Notes under the pieces: model-generated | Databases searched by the model: none | The model's input: the letters and a program-made list of their open reading frames with translations, nothing else | What the model was told of the DNA's origin: nothing | In this document: positions 40,104 through 51,171 of the stretch, one piece after another | Layout of the letters: every line of letters starts with the position of its first letter | Position numbering within the stretch: position 1 is the stretch's first letter | Translations under genes and position numbers: made by a program | DNA from: an uncultured delta proteobacterium | Lineage (GTDB): Bacteria; Desulfobacterota; RBG-13-43-22 | NCBI GenBank assembly: GCA_963743305.1 | Contig: CAVUPH010000019.1 | Span: forward strand, 1-64,000 | Direction: 5' to 3' | DNA: 64,000 nt

Positions 40104-41081
40104 ATGAGCCCAAAAGGCGATTTTTTAGAACATTTACAGGAGGATATAGAAAAGGTCAACTATTACCTGATGGAAAACCTTCGCTCTCACATTCCCCTGA
40201 TCGCGGAGGTCAACCAGCACATCCTGACCGGAGGCGGCAAGCGGCTGCGATCCCTTCTTTTTGTAATCTGCGCCCGGCTTTGCGGCTATGAGGGGGAGCG
40301 CGCCTACAACCTATCTTCCATTTTCGAATATCTGCACGCGGCCACTCTGCTCCACGACGACGTGATCGACAAGGCCGATACCCGCAGAGGCAAGCCGGCG
40401 GCCAACAAGGTCTGGGGCAACTCGGCGGCTGTGCTGGTGGGGGATTTTCTCCTCTCCAAATCGTTTACCCTGGCCGTGGAAAGCCAAAAGCTTCGGTTGT
40501 TGGAGGTCCTTTCCAGTACCACTACCCAAATGGCCGAAGGGATGGTGTTGGAACTCATCCACACCGACGACTTGGCCGTGGCTGAGGAGACCTATCGGCG
40601 CATTCTGATCGATAAGACAGCCATACTGATCTCCGCCGCCTGCCAGACCGGGGCGATTTGGGGAGGGGCCCCGGAAAAAGAGGAACAGGCCCTCAGAGAT
40701 TACGGTTTGGACTTGGGGATCGCTTTTCAAATGGTGGATGACTTACTGGATTACATTGCCTCGGAACAGGAAACCGGAAAGACCGTGGCCAATGATTTTA
40801 AGGAAGGGAAGATTACTTTGCCGCTGATCTACGCCTTGAGTAAATGCTCGACCGAAGAAAAGCAACGGATTGAAGATTTGGCCAAAAAAATCAGACCGGA
40901 CCAAGCGGAGTTAAAAACTGTTTTTGAATTGGTTCAAAAATTCGGGGGGCTTGAATATACCCGGGAGCGGGCTGAAAGCTATAAAAATCGGGCCGTAAAA
41001 GCGCTCGAAATTTTTCCTCCAGGCCGGGACCGGCGGATCCTGGAAGATCTGGCGGAATTTGTGATCGCCCGGCGAAGGTAG
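40104..41081 (+). CDS. ispB: Polyprenyl (octaprenyl-type) diphosphate synthase
   Basis: GGKRLR, HDDVID..RRG, AVLVGDFL, KTA, FQMVDDLLD, GK....DFKEGKITLP. Confidence 0.9.
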   Translation: MSPKGDFLEHLQEDIEKVNYYLMENLRSHIPLIAEVNQHILTGGGKRLRSLLFVICARLCGYEGERAYNLSSIFEYLHAATLLHDDVIDKADTRRGKPAANKVWGNSAAVLVGDFLLSKSFTLAVESQKLRLLEVLSSTTTQMAEGMVLELIHTDDLAVAEETYRRILIDKTAILISAACQTGAIWGGAPEKEEQALRDYGLDLGIAFQMVDDLLDYIASEQETGKTVANDFKEGKITLPLIYALSKCSTEEKQRIEDLAKKIRPDQAELKTVFELVQKFGGLEYTRERAESYKNRAVKALEIFPPGRDRRILEDLAEFVIARRR

Positions 41082-41092
41082 CTTAACAATTG

Positions 41093-41330
41093 GAATTCAC
41101 TTTAGATGGCGGGGTTACCCGCCGAGCAGAGAGTCGTATTTGGACTTTTTACGAGGTTTTTAAATATGACGGACTCGCGAGAGGCCCGTCAGCAGACCGA
41201 GGGCGATTAAGCCCCGGTCTGGGGTAGGGGTGGCACCATTTGAATTCACTTCAAATGGCGGGGGAGGGGAAGCCCTCCCCCGCCGAGCAGAGAGTCGTAT
41301 TTGGACTTTATGCGAGGTTTAAATATGATA
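41093..41330 (+). repeat. Tandem imperfect direct repeat (~41093-41170 and ~41243-41330)
   Basis: GAATTCACTT..ATGGCGGG...CCCGCCGAGCAGAGAGTCGTATTTGGACTTT...CGAGGTTT.AAATATGA occurs twice. Confidence 0.85.
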
Positions 41331-41699
41331 CGATATGAATTGGCCCCGGATATCGAACGGCAACTAGGACAGATTGCCCGAAGGCTGAAGATGAAACACA
41401 TCGACTTGAAGCGGGTCAGGGGGGTCCGAAGTTACGGGTCGACCGGCAAGGGGATCATTGCCCGCTGCCATGCCCTGCCCAAGGTCATGCAGTTGGCCCT
41501 TGGGCAGGAGGCCCACTACGTCATTGAGATCTTAACCGAAGGCTATGAACGTTTGAGCGAAGAAGCCCAGATTAAGATCCTGATCCACGAATTGATGCAT
41601 ATCCCCGAGACCTTTGGGGGCGGGTTCCGCATGCATCGGGATCATGTCACCCGTCGAAATGTAGAGAAGATGTACCGGGAGTATACCCAAAGCAAGTAA
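41325..41699 (+). CDS. Putative small metallopeptidase (HEXXH, phage-metallopeptidase-like)
   Basis: KILIHELMHIP...GGFRMH. Confidence 0.7.
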   Translation: MIRYELAPDIERQLGQIARRLKMKHIDLKRVRGVRSYGSTGKGIIARCHALPKVMQLALGQEAHYVIEILTEGYERLSEEAQIKILIHELMHIPETFGGGFRMHRDHVTRRNVEKMYREYTQSK

Positions 41700-41710
41700 T
41701 GGTCCGCAGA

Positions 41711-41950
41711 TTATTCCTCAGGCTCCGAGGCATCATAGAGCAGGTTATTCACCATGGAATGGAGGATGCCGGCCAGATAAATTTCGTCGCCGATATCGGA
41801 CGAAAGGGAATGATACACCCCCTCCTTGTCCATATAAAAAACGATTAGCTCCTTGATCGCTTCGTTGTCATCGCTCAACCGTTCCAGGATATCAACCACT
41901 TGTTTCTGGGTCCGGTCGATATGAATAAGTTTTCCTTTTTTACCTGCCAT
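41711..41950 (-). CDS. Hypothetical protein
   Basis: 79 aa ORF preceded by AGGAG. Confidence 0.6.
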   Translation of the reverse strand: MAGKKGKLIHIDRTQKQVVDILERLSDDNEAIKELIVFYMDKEGVYHSLSSDIGDEIYLAGILHSMVNNLLYDASEPEE

Positions 41951-42077
41951 GGTGGAGTACTCCTTTTTTGCAGTCGGCCTGATCGGCCCATTCCACTAAT
42001 AGCGTAGAATAATCCGAATCATCCGAAAAGACAAGCCCCTTTACAAATAGTAGATCATCCCGAACCCAAGCTTCCGG

Positions 42078-42291
42078 GGCCGCCTGGGTCTCTTGAAAAG
42101 GGTTTTCCACACTTCTTTTTCGGTTCTAACCCGGCCCCCGTGCCCTCAATTCGCCCCGAAGGCAGGGTCGGCAGGGAAGACGTTAAAGGCCTCCGGTTTT
42201 GGGCCTGCTTTTAAATAAAGTTGATTTCTTAGACCCGGATTCGGAGTCCGGATGGCCTTTGGAAAACCCTTTTCAAGAGACCCAGGCGGCC
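42078..42291. mobile_element. MITE-like element, copy 1 (214 bp, perfect 32-bp terminal inverted repeats)
   Basis: GGCCGCCTGGGTCTCTTGAAAAGGGTTTTCCA at 42078-42109 and its exact reverse complement at 42260-42291. Confidence 0.75.
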
Positions 42292-42340
42292 AGATCCGAT
42301 ATAGGGGGTACCCACCCAAAAGGGCGAGCAAGCAAGAAAT

Positions 42341-43237
42341 CTATTTGGGGAAAAAGAGGATAAATTTTTCCAGCAGATGGTCCGGGTGATACGACTCCTT
42401 AGCCTTCCTTAATCCGGGTTCTCCCAAGTCCTGTTCACGGTTGACAAAGCGAATAGTGCTCCACTCCCTTTCCAAGAACTGCTGATTGATCAAGGCATAC
42501 AGCCCGGGAATTTCCGGGTTGGCCTTCTCGACATGGATGACTACCGTATCAGGATTCAGTAATTCACCGAGGCTGAAGGCCTCCACTTTTCCATGGATAC
42601 GGATAACACCCCCCCGATACGGCAGAAAATCAATATGCTTAAAGGCCTCGACAATGGCCTGTTCTTCGTTTAATAAACTAGGCGATTCTTCGCATTGGCG
42701 CAACCGGCACCAGGCCTCCTGCAAATTAAGGCATTCGGTCACCAGTTCCGGGGTTAGGGGAAGATATTCCCAGTCGCTATTTTTCTTAAGCCGGTTGACG
42801 TGATTCTTCTGGGAGTGGTAGCGGTTGCCGGATAGGTGGACCAGGTTCTTGGTCAGGTAGACATAATCGCTGTTGTCCCGGTCCAGGACCAGTTCCGCCC
42901 CCGGAAAGGAGACCAACTCGCCGGCCAAAGGGTCCGGAATCCGGCCTACTCGGGGCCGATGCCCACCGTCCTTTAGGGTTTCAATCCCGCTTTGGGTCCA
43001 GGCCCGAATATCGCCCTGCCCGATGGGAGGGAATAAAAAAGGGGCGGATCCCGGAGGCTGTCCCAGGAGGGTCAAAAAGTCATGTACCACAGATACCTGG
43101 AAGTGATAATAGTGCCGCCAGATGAAAAGGTTGGTAAAGGTGAATTCCGAAATTTGCGGTGGAAAACGCCTGAAAAAAACGTCCACCAACCCCTGGTGGG
43201 CCTGCGATAAGGGTTCGAAGGGAGGAAGCATATTCAA
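42341..43237 (-). CDS. DUF2156 / phosphatidylglycerol lysyltransferase-like GNAT domain protein
   Basis: SEFTFTNLFIW, DYVY....L..LSG..Y, HVEKA, NREQDLGEPGLRKAKESYHP. Confidence 0.88.
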   Translation of the reverse strand: MNMLPPFEPLSQAHQGLVDVFFRRFPPQISEFTFTNLFIWRHYYHFQVSVVHDFLTLLGQPPGSAPFLFPPIGQGDIRAWTQSGIETLKDGGHRPRVGRIPDPLAGELVSFPGAELVLDRDNSDYVYLTKNLVHLSGNRYHSQKNHVNRLKKNSDWEYLPLTPELVTECLNLQEAWCRLRQCEESPSLLNEEQAIVEAFKHIDFLPYRGGVIRIHGKVEAFSLGELLNPDTVVIHVEKANPEIPGLYALINQQFLEREWSTIRFVNREQDLGEPGLRKAKESYHPDHLLEKFILFFPK

Positions 43238-44083
43238 TGCGCGGCCTTGAGGTCTTTAAGGGACTGAAGCCTTTCATAGGGTATCCGCAAAGCGCCGTAA
43301 CCGGTCAGTATATCCACCCCTTCCTTGTTTTTGCCGTGAAAATCGCTTCCTCCGGTCACCAAAAGGTCCAGGTCCTCGGCCAAGGCCAGATATTCCCGGG
43401 TTCGTTCCGGGGGATGCTCGGAGTAGAGGCATTCCAGCCCCTGAAGGCCCTGATCCCTCAACTCCCGAAGCAGATGGAAGAGCTGCTCCCGGGTGGTGCA
43501 GTTTAAGGTAAAAGGATGGGCCAGAACCGGAATGCCACCGGCCTGGCGAATCAGAGCGATGGCCCGGCCCGGGGAAAAGCGAAATTTCTCCACATAAGCC
43601 GGAGCGCCTTTGGTCAGGTATTGTGTAAAAGCCTCGTCCAGGGTTTGGACGGCCCCAATTTGCAGCATGGCCTGGGCGATGTGCGGTCGGCCGATTTGTC
43701 CTCCGGAAAGGGCCTGGACCTGATCGTAAGTAATGGGAATGCCCAGCTCTTGTAGGCGAACGATAATTTTAGGGTTCCTTTCTCGGCGGGCCTCCTGAAG
43801 ACGTTCCAGTTCCTGTTGGAAGAAGGGGTCGGTATGATCGATATAATAGCCGAGGATATGCATGCCCCCGCCGGTATAGTCGGCGCTGATTTCGAGGCCC
43901 GGGACTAATTCAAAATGACTAGGCCTCGGCTGCGCGCAGGGCCTCCGCCAGACCGGCCACCGTATCGTGGTCGGTCAGGGCGATGGCGGCGGCCCCCTTT
44001 TGGAGGGCATAGGTCACTAATTCTCCGGGTGCCAGGCTACCATCCGAGGCGTTGGAATGCGTGTGAAGATCGATAAGGTTCAT
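43234..44083 (-). CDS. PHP-domain phosphoesterase, frameshift near 43920
   Basis: MNLIDLHTHSNASDG, ALTDHDT, GLEIS, HILGY, GRPHIA, LAHP, TGGSDFHG. Confidence 0.9.
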
Positions 44084-44135
44084 AGTGAAGGGCTTTTTCC
44101 TTTACCCCGTCTTGGGATTTGTTTCTAACCTTGGG

Positions 44136-46511
44136 TTAGCGCTTGCAGGCTTTGTTTGGTTGCCGGCAGAGGGCCAAACCAATAACTTCATCCATGCGAT
44201 CCACAAAATGGAATTTAAGTCCTTTCATCAAGGCCGGTTGGATCTCCTCCAAGTCCTTTTCATTTTTGTGGGGCAGGATCACCTCTTTGATGCCGGCCCG
44301 TTTCGCGGCTAAGACCTTTTCCTTGATTCCCCCCACCGGAAGGACCAGGCCTCGGAGGGTGATTTCTCCGGTCATGGCCAGGTCGCTCCTCACCGGGCGA
44401 TCGGTTAGCAGTGAGGTCAGGGCGGTAAATATGGCCACCCCGGCGGAAGGCCCATCCTTGGGGATGGCCCCGGCCGGGACGTGGATGTGCAGGTCATGGT
44501 TGTCATAGAAATCGGGAGAAATTCCAGCATGTTCAGCATTTGAACGAATATAGCTCAAGGCCGCACCGGCGGATTCTTTCATCACGTCTCCCAATTGTCC
44601 GGTCAGAGTGAGCGTTCGCCGGCCGGGCATTTTTGAGGCCTCGACAAAAAGAATATCCCCCCCAGCCTGTGTCCAGGCCAACCCGGTGGCCACTCCCGGC
44701 GTTTTGGTTCTTTCGGCGACATCGGAAAAGAATTTTACCGGGCCTAAATAGGAGTGGAGGTCTTGAGGCCCGATTTTTTTGAACTGTAACTTTCCTTCGG
44801 CCACCTCTTTGGCCACACCACGACAAATAGCCGCGATTTCCCTTTCCAGGTTGCGAAGCCCGGCCTCCCGGGTGTAATTCCGGATAAGGTCCTGAAGGGC
44901 TTTTTTCCCAAAGACCAAATTTTTATCGGTTAAGCCGTGCTCCCCCAGTTGCTTGGGGATCAAATGGGTCTGAGCGATTTGCACCTTCTCTTCCTCAATG
45001 TAACCCGACAGGTTCAATACTTCCATCCGGTCAAGGAGGGCAGGGGGAATGGTGTCTAATATATTAGCGGTAGTAATGAACATGACCTGGGAGAGGTCAA
45101 ATTCCACCTCCAGGTAGTGATCGGAAAAGGAAAAGTTCTGCTCCGGGTCCAAGACCTCCAAGAGGGCTGAGGAGGGATCGCCTCGAAAGTCGGTGCCGAC
45201 CTTGTCGATTTCATCCAGGATAAAAACCGGGTTGTTGGAACCCGCTTTGCGCAGTCCCTGGATAATCCTCCCCGGCAGTGCCCCCACGTAAGTGCGGCGG
45301 TGCCCCCGGATCTCGGCCTCATCCCTAACCCCGCCCAGCGAGAGGCGGACGAATTTACGCCCCAAGGCTCGGGCAATGGAACGGCCCAGGGAAGTCTTCC
45401 CGGTACCCGGCGGGCCGACAAAGCAAAGGATAGGGCCTTTCATGTCCGGTTTCAGTTTACGCACGGCCAGATACTCCAGTATCCGTTTCTTGACCTTTTC
45501 CAGATTGTAATGGTCTTCATCCAGAACTTTAGCGGCTTTCTCAATGTCCAGATTATCTTCCGTCCGAACATTCCAGGGCAATTCAGTGATCCAGTCCAGG
45601 TAAGAAAGGGCCACCGTATACTCCGGTGAGGCCGAGTTCATCCGGGCCAGGCGGTTCAGTTCCCGCTCGGCCTCCTTGGCCGCTGCAGCCGGCAATTGGC
45701 GATCCTTGATCTTTTGCCGATACTCTTCGATTTCCAGGGTCTTCTCATCTTTTTCGCCCAACTCCTTCTGGATGGCCTTGAGTTGCTCCCGCAGGTAATA
45801 TTCCCGTTGGTTCTTGTCGATTCCCTCTTTGACCTCGGACTGGATTTTTTTTCCTAATTCCAGGACTTCCAGTTCTTTGGTCAGTACCACGGTGACTTTC
45901 TGCAACCTGTCTTTGACGTCCAGGGACTCCAGGATGTCCTGCTTCTCCTCCTTGGTAATATTGAGCGTCGAAGTAATCATATCGGCCAGAGAACCGGGGT
46001 CCTCCACGCTCTGGGCCAGCAGGCTTAATTCCGAGGGTAAGTAGGGGGATAATTCCAGCACCTTGGTAAAGAGGGAGCGAGCATTGTTCACCAGGGCCGT
46101 GGTCTCCATCCCGGAATCAGCGGCATCCTTCAAGACCTCAATTTTAGCCTTGAAATAGGGTTCGGTGGCCGTAATTTCAAGGATCTTGAACCGGGTTAAT
46201 CCCTGGACCATGATTCGGACGCCCCCTTCCGGGACTTTAGCCATTTTCAGAATCGAACCCACCGTTCCAATGCCGTAGAGATCTTCGGGAGTTAGCGGCT
46301 CCTGCCCTTTACCCTTAATCAGGACTAGCCCCAGGATATGGTCTTTCATCAGAGCCTCGTCCACCAGTCGGACCCAGTTGTTTTCCCAAATCATTAAAGG
46401 AAAGACCATCTTGGGAAACAGGGTCACGTCCATAACCGGCAAAATAGAAATTTCTTCCGGGATATTAACTACCTGTGGCTGTAGGGGTAATGTAGTCTCG
46501 TTGATTTCCAT
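44136..46511 (-). CDS. lon: ATP-dependent protease La
   Basis: [38 protein letters not shown]. Confidence 0.97.
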   Translation of the reverse strand: MEINETTLPLQPQVVNIPEEISILPVMDVTLFPKMVFPLMIWENNWVRLVDEALMKDHILGLVLIKGKGQEPLTPEDLYGIGTVGSILKMAKVPEGGVRIMVQGLTRFKILEITATEPYFKAKIEVLKDAADSGMETTALVNNARSLFTKVLELSPYLPSELSLLAQSVEDPGSLADMITSTLNITKEEKQDILESLDVKDRLQKVTVVLTKELEVLELGKKIQSEVKEGIDKNQREYYLREQLKAIQKELGEKDEKTLEIEEYRQKIKDRQLPAAAAKEAERELNRLARMNSASPEYTVALSYLDWITELPWNVRTEDNLDIEKAAKVLDEDHYNLEKVKKRILEYLAVRKLKPDMKGPILCFVGPPGTGKTSLGRSIARALGRKFVRLSLGGVRDEAEIRGHRRTYVGALPGRIIQGLRKAGSNNPVFILDEIDKVGTDFRGDPSSALLEVLDPEQNFSFSDHYLEVEFDLSQVMFITTANILDTIPPALLDRMEVLNLSGYIEEEKVQIAQTHLIPKQLGEHGLTDKNLVFGKKALQDLIRNYTREAGLRNLEREIAAICRGVAKEVAEGKLQFKKIGPQDLHSYLGPVKFFSDVAERTKTPGVATGLAWTQAGGDILFVEASKMPGRRTLTLTGQLGDVMKESAGAALSYIRSNAEHAGISPDFYDNHDLHIHVPAGAIPKDGPSAGVAIFTALTSLLTDRPVRSDLAMTGEITLRGLVLPVGGIKEKVLAAKRAGIKEVILPHKNEKDLEEIQPALMKGLKFHFVDRMDEVIGLALCRQPNKACKR

Positions 46512-46545
46512 AGGAAACTCCTTTTTATGAAAAACGCCGCTAAAT

Positions 46546-46962
46546 TCATTTAATGGGAATGGTTTTAGCTTGCGTCGGTTTTTTTGGTAAAGTGATAGTC
46601 AAAAATCCGTCCTGGTACTTAGCCTCGATCTTATCTTCATCGATGAGTACCGGCAACTGAAAGACTCGCTCAAAGGAACCGTATTCAATTTCCATCTGCA
46701 AAAAACGAATGCTCTCGGGAGTGAAGGGGCGTTCGCGGCGTCCATAAAGATAAACCAGGTTCTTTTTAATGGTTACCTGGATTTCATTTTTTTTAAGTCC
46801 CGAGGCATCCGCCAGGATCACAAAGGACTGAGGGGTTTCCATAATGTCCATCTGCGGGTACCAAACCCGCTGATCCAGCAGAAATCGGGGACTGAGCTGG
46901 TGAACCATATCTTCCATGAGACGGCGCATTTGCTGCTGTAGTCGGTTGAAATCGCTTACCAA
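46546..46962 (-). CDS. Hsp20/alpha-crystallin small heat shock protein
   Basis: [37 protein letters not shown]; directly upstream of lon. Confidence 0.92.
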   Translation of the reverse strand: MVSDFNRLQQQMRRLMEDMVHQLSPRFLLDQRVWYPQMDIMETPQSFVILADASGLKKNEIQVTIKKNLVYLYGRRERPFTPESIRFLQMEIEYGSFERVFQLPVLIDEDKIEAKYQDGFLTITLPKKPTQAKTIPIK

Positions 46963-47238
46963 GGTGCCTCTCCTTCTTGAATTAGGTTAGCCCATAGAGT
47001 CGGATCCCCACAAATGAAGGAGGCCCTCCTCATTGTTCTGAACGATTCGTCAAGTTAAGTATTGCCAAATATTATAAGATCGGATAGTGGTTTTGTAAAG
47101 GAATGGGAGGGTTTTTTCGCGGTATTTCAAGCGTATATTTTACTTGCCAGGCTTTAATAATTAGGCTATATTACAACTTTTAAATAAAGTGACCTGCCTG
47201 GCTCCAGGGGAGACAAAAAGGGAGAAGAGGAAGCGGAA

Positions 47239-47340
47239 ATGGGGAGTGTAGTCAAGAAGAGACGGAAAAAAATGCGGAAACACAAGCATAAGAAGTTGAT
47301 GAAGAAGACCAGGCACCAGCGGAAGAAGAGAGGGAAGTAA
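47239..47340 (+). CDS. Small basic AURKAIP1/COX24-domain protein (bS22/mS38-like ribosomal protein)
   Basis: MGSVVKKRRKKMRKHKHKKLMKKTRHQRKKRGK*, 33 aa, with a purine-rich RBS; below the ORF track cut-off. Confidence 0.88.
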   Translation: MGSVVKKRRKKMRKHKHKKLMKKTRHQRKKRGK

Positions 47341-47435
47341 CCCAGAGATCCCTTTCGGGATAGTTTTACAGCCTGGAACCCATAATCCGGATGCATCCAG
47401 TGGATTGATATTTTTATGATTTTCTGCTTGCCGCT

Positions 47436-47470
47436 ACAGGCCAGCCCTTCGGGGGTGGCCTGTCTTTTTT
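47436..47470 (+). terminator. Rho-independent terminator
   Basis: ACAGGCCA-GCCC-TTCG-GGGG-TGGCCTGT followed by CTTTTTT. Confidence 0.7.
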
Positions 47471-47482
47471 GGGAGGGGTCCT

Positions 47483-48823
47483 ATTAAAGCGCGTATTTTA
47501 ACGATTGCCGGGTCGGATTCCGGCGGTGGGGCCGGAATCCAGGCTGATTTGAAAGTAATTGCCCTGTTGGGCGGGTACGGTACTTCGGTGATCACCGCCT
47601 TGACCGCCCAAAACACCGTGGGGGTCCAGGGGGTGTTTCCCGTTCCCGCCACCTTTATCCGTGAACAAATGGATTCGGTTCTGTCCGATATTGGAGCGGA
47701 TGCGGTCAAAACCGGTATGCTGGCTGAGGCTGAAATTATCCGTCTGGTAGCTCGGGGGTTGGGCACCTGCCGTCTTCAAAAAGTGGTGGTCGATCCGGTT
47801 ATGGTTTCTCAGAGCGGTCACTCCCTTTTGGCCCCCGGGGCCGATCGCAGCCTGATCGAGGATTTGCTGCCTAAAGCCGGGTTGGTGACTCCCAATCTCC
47901 CGGAAGCTTCCCGGCTGGTCGGGTTTCCCATCCGGACGGCGCCTAAGATGCGTGAGGCGGCCAAACGACTTAAATCGATGACCCGAGGCGCTGTTTTAAT
48001 CAAGGGCGGGCACCTGAAAGGGCCGGCCCTTGACCTGTTTTATGACGGGGCCTCCTTCCAAGAATTCACGGCCCCTCGAGTGAATTCCCCCCATACCCAT
48101 GGGACCGGGTGTTCCTATTCGACGGCCATCGCCACCTTCTGGGCCCAAGGGCACTCCCTGCTGGAAGCCATAGAAAAAGGGAAACAGTTTATTCAGCGGG
48201 CGATCTTGACCGGAGAGCCGCTGGGCCGTGGCGAAGGGCCGACCAATCCCTATGCCTGGATTGAAGCGGAACTGGCCCGCTATCCGGTCCTGATGGCCCT
48301 GAACCGGGGGCTGGAACGGTTGAAGACCAACCGGCTGGGAGATTTAATTCCCGAGGTGCAATCCAATTTTGGGTTTGCCCTGCCTTACCCCGGGACGATT
48401 GACGAGGTAGCCGCCTTTCCGGGACGGATCTGCCGGTTTAAGGACTCCATCGCCGCGCTGGGATCCCCGGAGTTCGGGGCCTCCCGCCATGTGGCGCGAA
48501 TTATTTTGACGGTGGTCGGCCATGACCCGGAATACCGTGCGGCGATGAATATCCGTTTTTCAGAAAAGATCCTTAAAAGCCTTCGGCAATCCGGGCTCCG
48601 GATGGGCGGGTTTAATCGCCAAATGGAACCCCAAAAATTAAAAAGGCGGGAGGGTTCCTCCCTGTCCTGGGGCGTGGGCCGGGTACTGGAAGAAAAAGGG
48701 TTCGTTCCGGATTTTATCTATGACCGGGGAGATGTGGGCAAGGAGCCCATGATCCGCGTTTTGGGAAAAGACCCGGACGAGGTGGCTGACAAGATTATCT
48801 TCATAAAGAAAAAGAATCGATGA
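47483..48823 (+). CDS. thiD: HMP/HMP-P kinase fused to a ThiN-type thiamine-phosphate synthase domain
   Basis: ILTIAGSDSGGGAGIQADLK, VKTGML, VVDPVM, HTHGTGC; C-terminal LIPEVQSN, FGASRHVAR, RAAMNIRF, DRGDVGKEPMIR. Confidence 0.92.
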   Translation: MKARILTIAGSDSGGGAGIQADLKVIALLGGYGTSVITALTAQNTVGVQGVFPVPATFIREQMDSVLSDIGADAVKTGMLAEAEIIRLVARGLGTCRLQKVVVDPVMVSQSGHSLLAPGADRSLIEDLLPKAGLVTPNLPEASRLVGFPIRTAPKMREAAKRLKSMTRGAVLIKGGHLKGPALDLFYDGASFQEFTAPRVNSPHTHGTGCSYSTAIATFWAQGHSLLEAIEKGKQFIQRAILTGEPLGRGEGPTNPYAWIEAELARYPVLMALNRGLERLKTNRLGDLIPEVQSNFGFALPYPGTIDEVAAFPGRICRFKDSIAALGSPEFGASRHVARIILTVVGHDPEYRAAMNIRFSEKILKSLRQSGLRMGGFNRQMEPQKLKRREGSSLSWGVGRVLEEKGFVPDFIYDRGDVGKEPMIRVLGKDPDEVADKIIFIKKKNR

Positions 48824-48849
48824 CCGACTCTATTGCGAGGTAGACTGTT

Positions 48850-50137
48850 ATGACCCAGTTGGATTCAGCTCGCCGTGGGGATCTTACTTCTGAAATGAAG
48901 ACGGTGGCCGCCCGGGAAGGGGTGGACCCTGAAAAACTGATGGAGGGGTTGGCCCAGGGGACCATAGTCCTTCCGGCCAACACCCTCAAGAAAAAATCCC
49001 GGCCGGTGGGTATTGGGCGGGGGCTGACGATCAAGGTCAACGCCAACATCGGGACCTCCTCGGATCATATTGATCTGGAAGAAGAGTTGACCAAGTTAAG
49101 GATTTGTGTGGAGGCCCAGGCCGATACGGTCATGGACCTGAGCACCGGCGGGGACCTGAAGGCTATCTTGAAGGCTATTCTCCAGTCACTCTCCCCTGCC
49201 GGTAGGGACGGTGCCTATTTACCAGGCCGTGGTGGAAACGGTCAGTGCCCTGGGCGGAATCATCCATTTAACCGCCGATAAGATTTTTGAAGTGATCGAA
49301 GCCCAGGCCCGGGAAGGCGTGGACTTCGTCACCGTCCACTGCGGGATGACATTAAGTTCGCTGGAGCGTTTGAAAAGGCAGGGGCGGATCACGGATATCG
49401 TCAGCCGGGGCGGGGCCTTTTTGACCACCTGGATGGTCTATCACGGCCGGGAAAATCCCCTTTACGAACAATATCCCCGGTTGCTGGAAATCGCCCGGAA
49501 ATACGACCTGACCCTGAGCCTGGGCGATGCCCTGCGTCCCGGTTGTTTGGCCGATGCCACCGACCGGGCTCAGGTGGAAGAGCTGATCCTTTTGGGGGAA
49601 TTGCGAAACCAGGCCCTGGAGGCCGGGGTCCAGGTCATGATCGAGGGTCCGGGGCATGTGCCTCTGAACCAGGTGGAAACTAACATCCTGCTTCAAAAAC
49701 GGTTATGCCAGGGGGCCCCGTTTTATGTCCTGGGACCTCTAGTGACCGATATCGCCGCCGGTCACGATCATATAGCCTGTGCCATCGGCGGGGCCCTGGC
49801 CGGTATGGCCGGCGCCGATTTTTTATGTTACGTCACGCCTGCGGAGCATTTGAAACTTCCGGACCCGGAAGATGTTCGGGAAGGAATCATGGCGGCCCGT
49901 ATCGCCGCCCATGCGGCCGATCTGGCCCGGGGGAATCCCCGGTCTTGGGAACGGGATCGCCAGATGGCCTTGGCCCGCAAGGCCCTGAATTGGGAAAAAC
50001 AAATGGAATTATGTCTGGACCCGGTGAAGGCCAGGAAATACCGCCAGGAAAATCCGCCCCAAGAGTCCGAGGTCTGCACCATGTGCGGCGAGTTTTGCGC
50101 CATTAAGCTGGTCCGTGATTATTTGAAACGGCCGTGA
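48850..50137 (+). CDS. thiC: Phosphomethylpyrimidine synthase, frameshift near 49190
   Basis: [53 protein letters not shown]. Confidence 0.92.
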
Positions 50138-51147
50138 AACCCTTAGGCTCGGCCTCGGCTTCAGCCCTGTCTCCCCTTCCCCAGCTCGCCCAGCAAATCG
50201 TCGCCATCCTGCTTAAACGAGAACCCGTCTCCGGGGAGGACTTGGCCGGTCTGCTGGGTGTTTCCCGGACAGCGGTCTGGAAGCATATTCGGCTCCTGAA
50301 AGAGGTCGGATTCACAGTGGAAGCTCGAACGGGGAAAGGGTACCGGTTAACCCAGGTCCCGGACCTGTTGCTTCCGGTGCTGATCCAGGCCCTGCTGAAG
50401 ACCAAGATCATGGGGCGGACCATTTATTACTTTCCGCAGACCGAGTCCACCAACACCAAAGCCCGGGAATTAGCCGAAAAGGGAGCCCCGGAGGGCACCC
50501 TGGTGGTCGCTGAATATCAGACTCGGGGCAAGGGTCGTCTGGCCCGACCCTGGGAATCTCCGGCCGGTCAGAACCTGTTGTTTTCCATAATTTTGCGTCC
50601 GACTTTGCCCCCCCAACAAACCTTTAACCTGATCCTGCTGGTCTCCGTGGCCCTCTGCCGGTCTATTCAAATGGAAACCAACTTGGAATTGAAAATAAAG
50701 TGGCCCAATGACCTCTATTGCCAAGAAAAAAAAATGGCGGGCATATTGGCCGAATTCGCAGCGGAGTCCGATCGTCTGAACTATGTGATCATCGGAGTAG
50801 GCCTGAACGTGAATTGGTCTCCAGCGGCCTTGCCGGAGGATGCCCAACCAACTACCAGCATTTTAAAGGAAACCGGAATGCGGGCATCCCGGTTGGAAAT
50901 TTTGGCATCGTTTCTTTCCGAGATGGAGCAGCTTTACCGGAAGGCGCAAAGGGAGGGCTACCACTTTATTAAACAGGCCTGGGAACACTATTCGTTAATC
51001 AAGAACCGTCCGGTGAGGGTGATGGACGGAAAGGAAACCTGGACCGGGATCGCCCAGGGGATTGATCCGCAGGGCGCCTTGCTGGTTATTTTGGATAGCG
51101 GGGAGAAAAAGCATTTTCTGGCCGGCGATGTGCATCTTAGGATCTAG
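50134..51147 (+). CDS. birA: Bifunctional biotin ligase/repressor
   Basis: [33 protein letters not shown]. Confidence 0.95.
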   Translation: MKPLGSASASALSPLPQLAQQIVAILLKREPVSGEDLAGLLGVSRTAVWKHIRLLKEVGFTVEARTGKGYRLTQVPDLLLPVLIQALLKTKIMGRTIYYFPQTESTNTKARELAEKGAPEGTLVVAEYQTRGKGRLARPWESPAGQNLLFSIILRPTLPPQQTFNLILLVSVALCRSIQMETNLELKIKWPNDLYCQEKKMAGILAEFAAESDRLNYVIIGVGLNVNWSPAALPEDAQPTTSILKETGMRASRLEILASFLSEMEQLYRKAQREGYHFIKQAWEHYSLIKNRPVRVMDGKETWTGIAQGIDPQGALLVILDSGEKKHFLAGDVHLRI

Positions 51148-51171
51148 CCAAAAATTTTTCGGGTTTGGGCC

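Noticed and set aside
47341-47470. TPP riboswitch upstream of thiD-thiC
   Set aside because: The conserved CTGAGA and downstream core elements were not recognisable; the hairpin fits a plain terminator.
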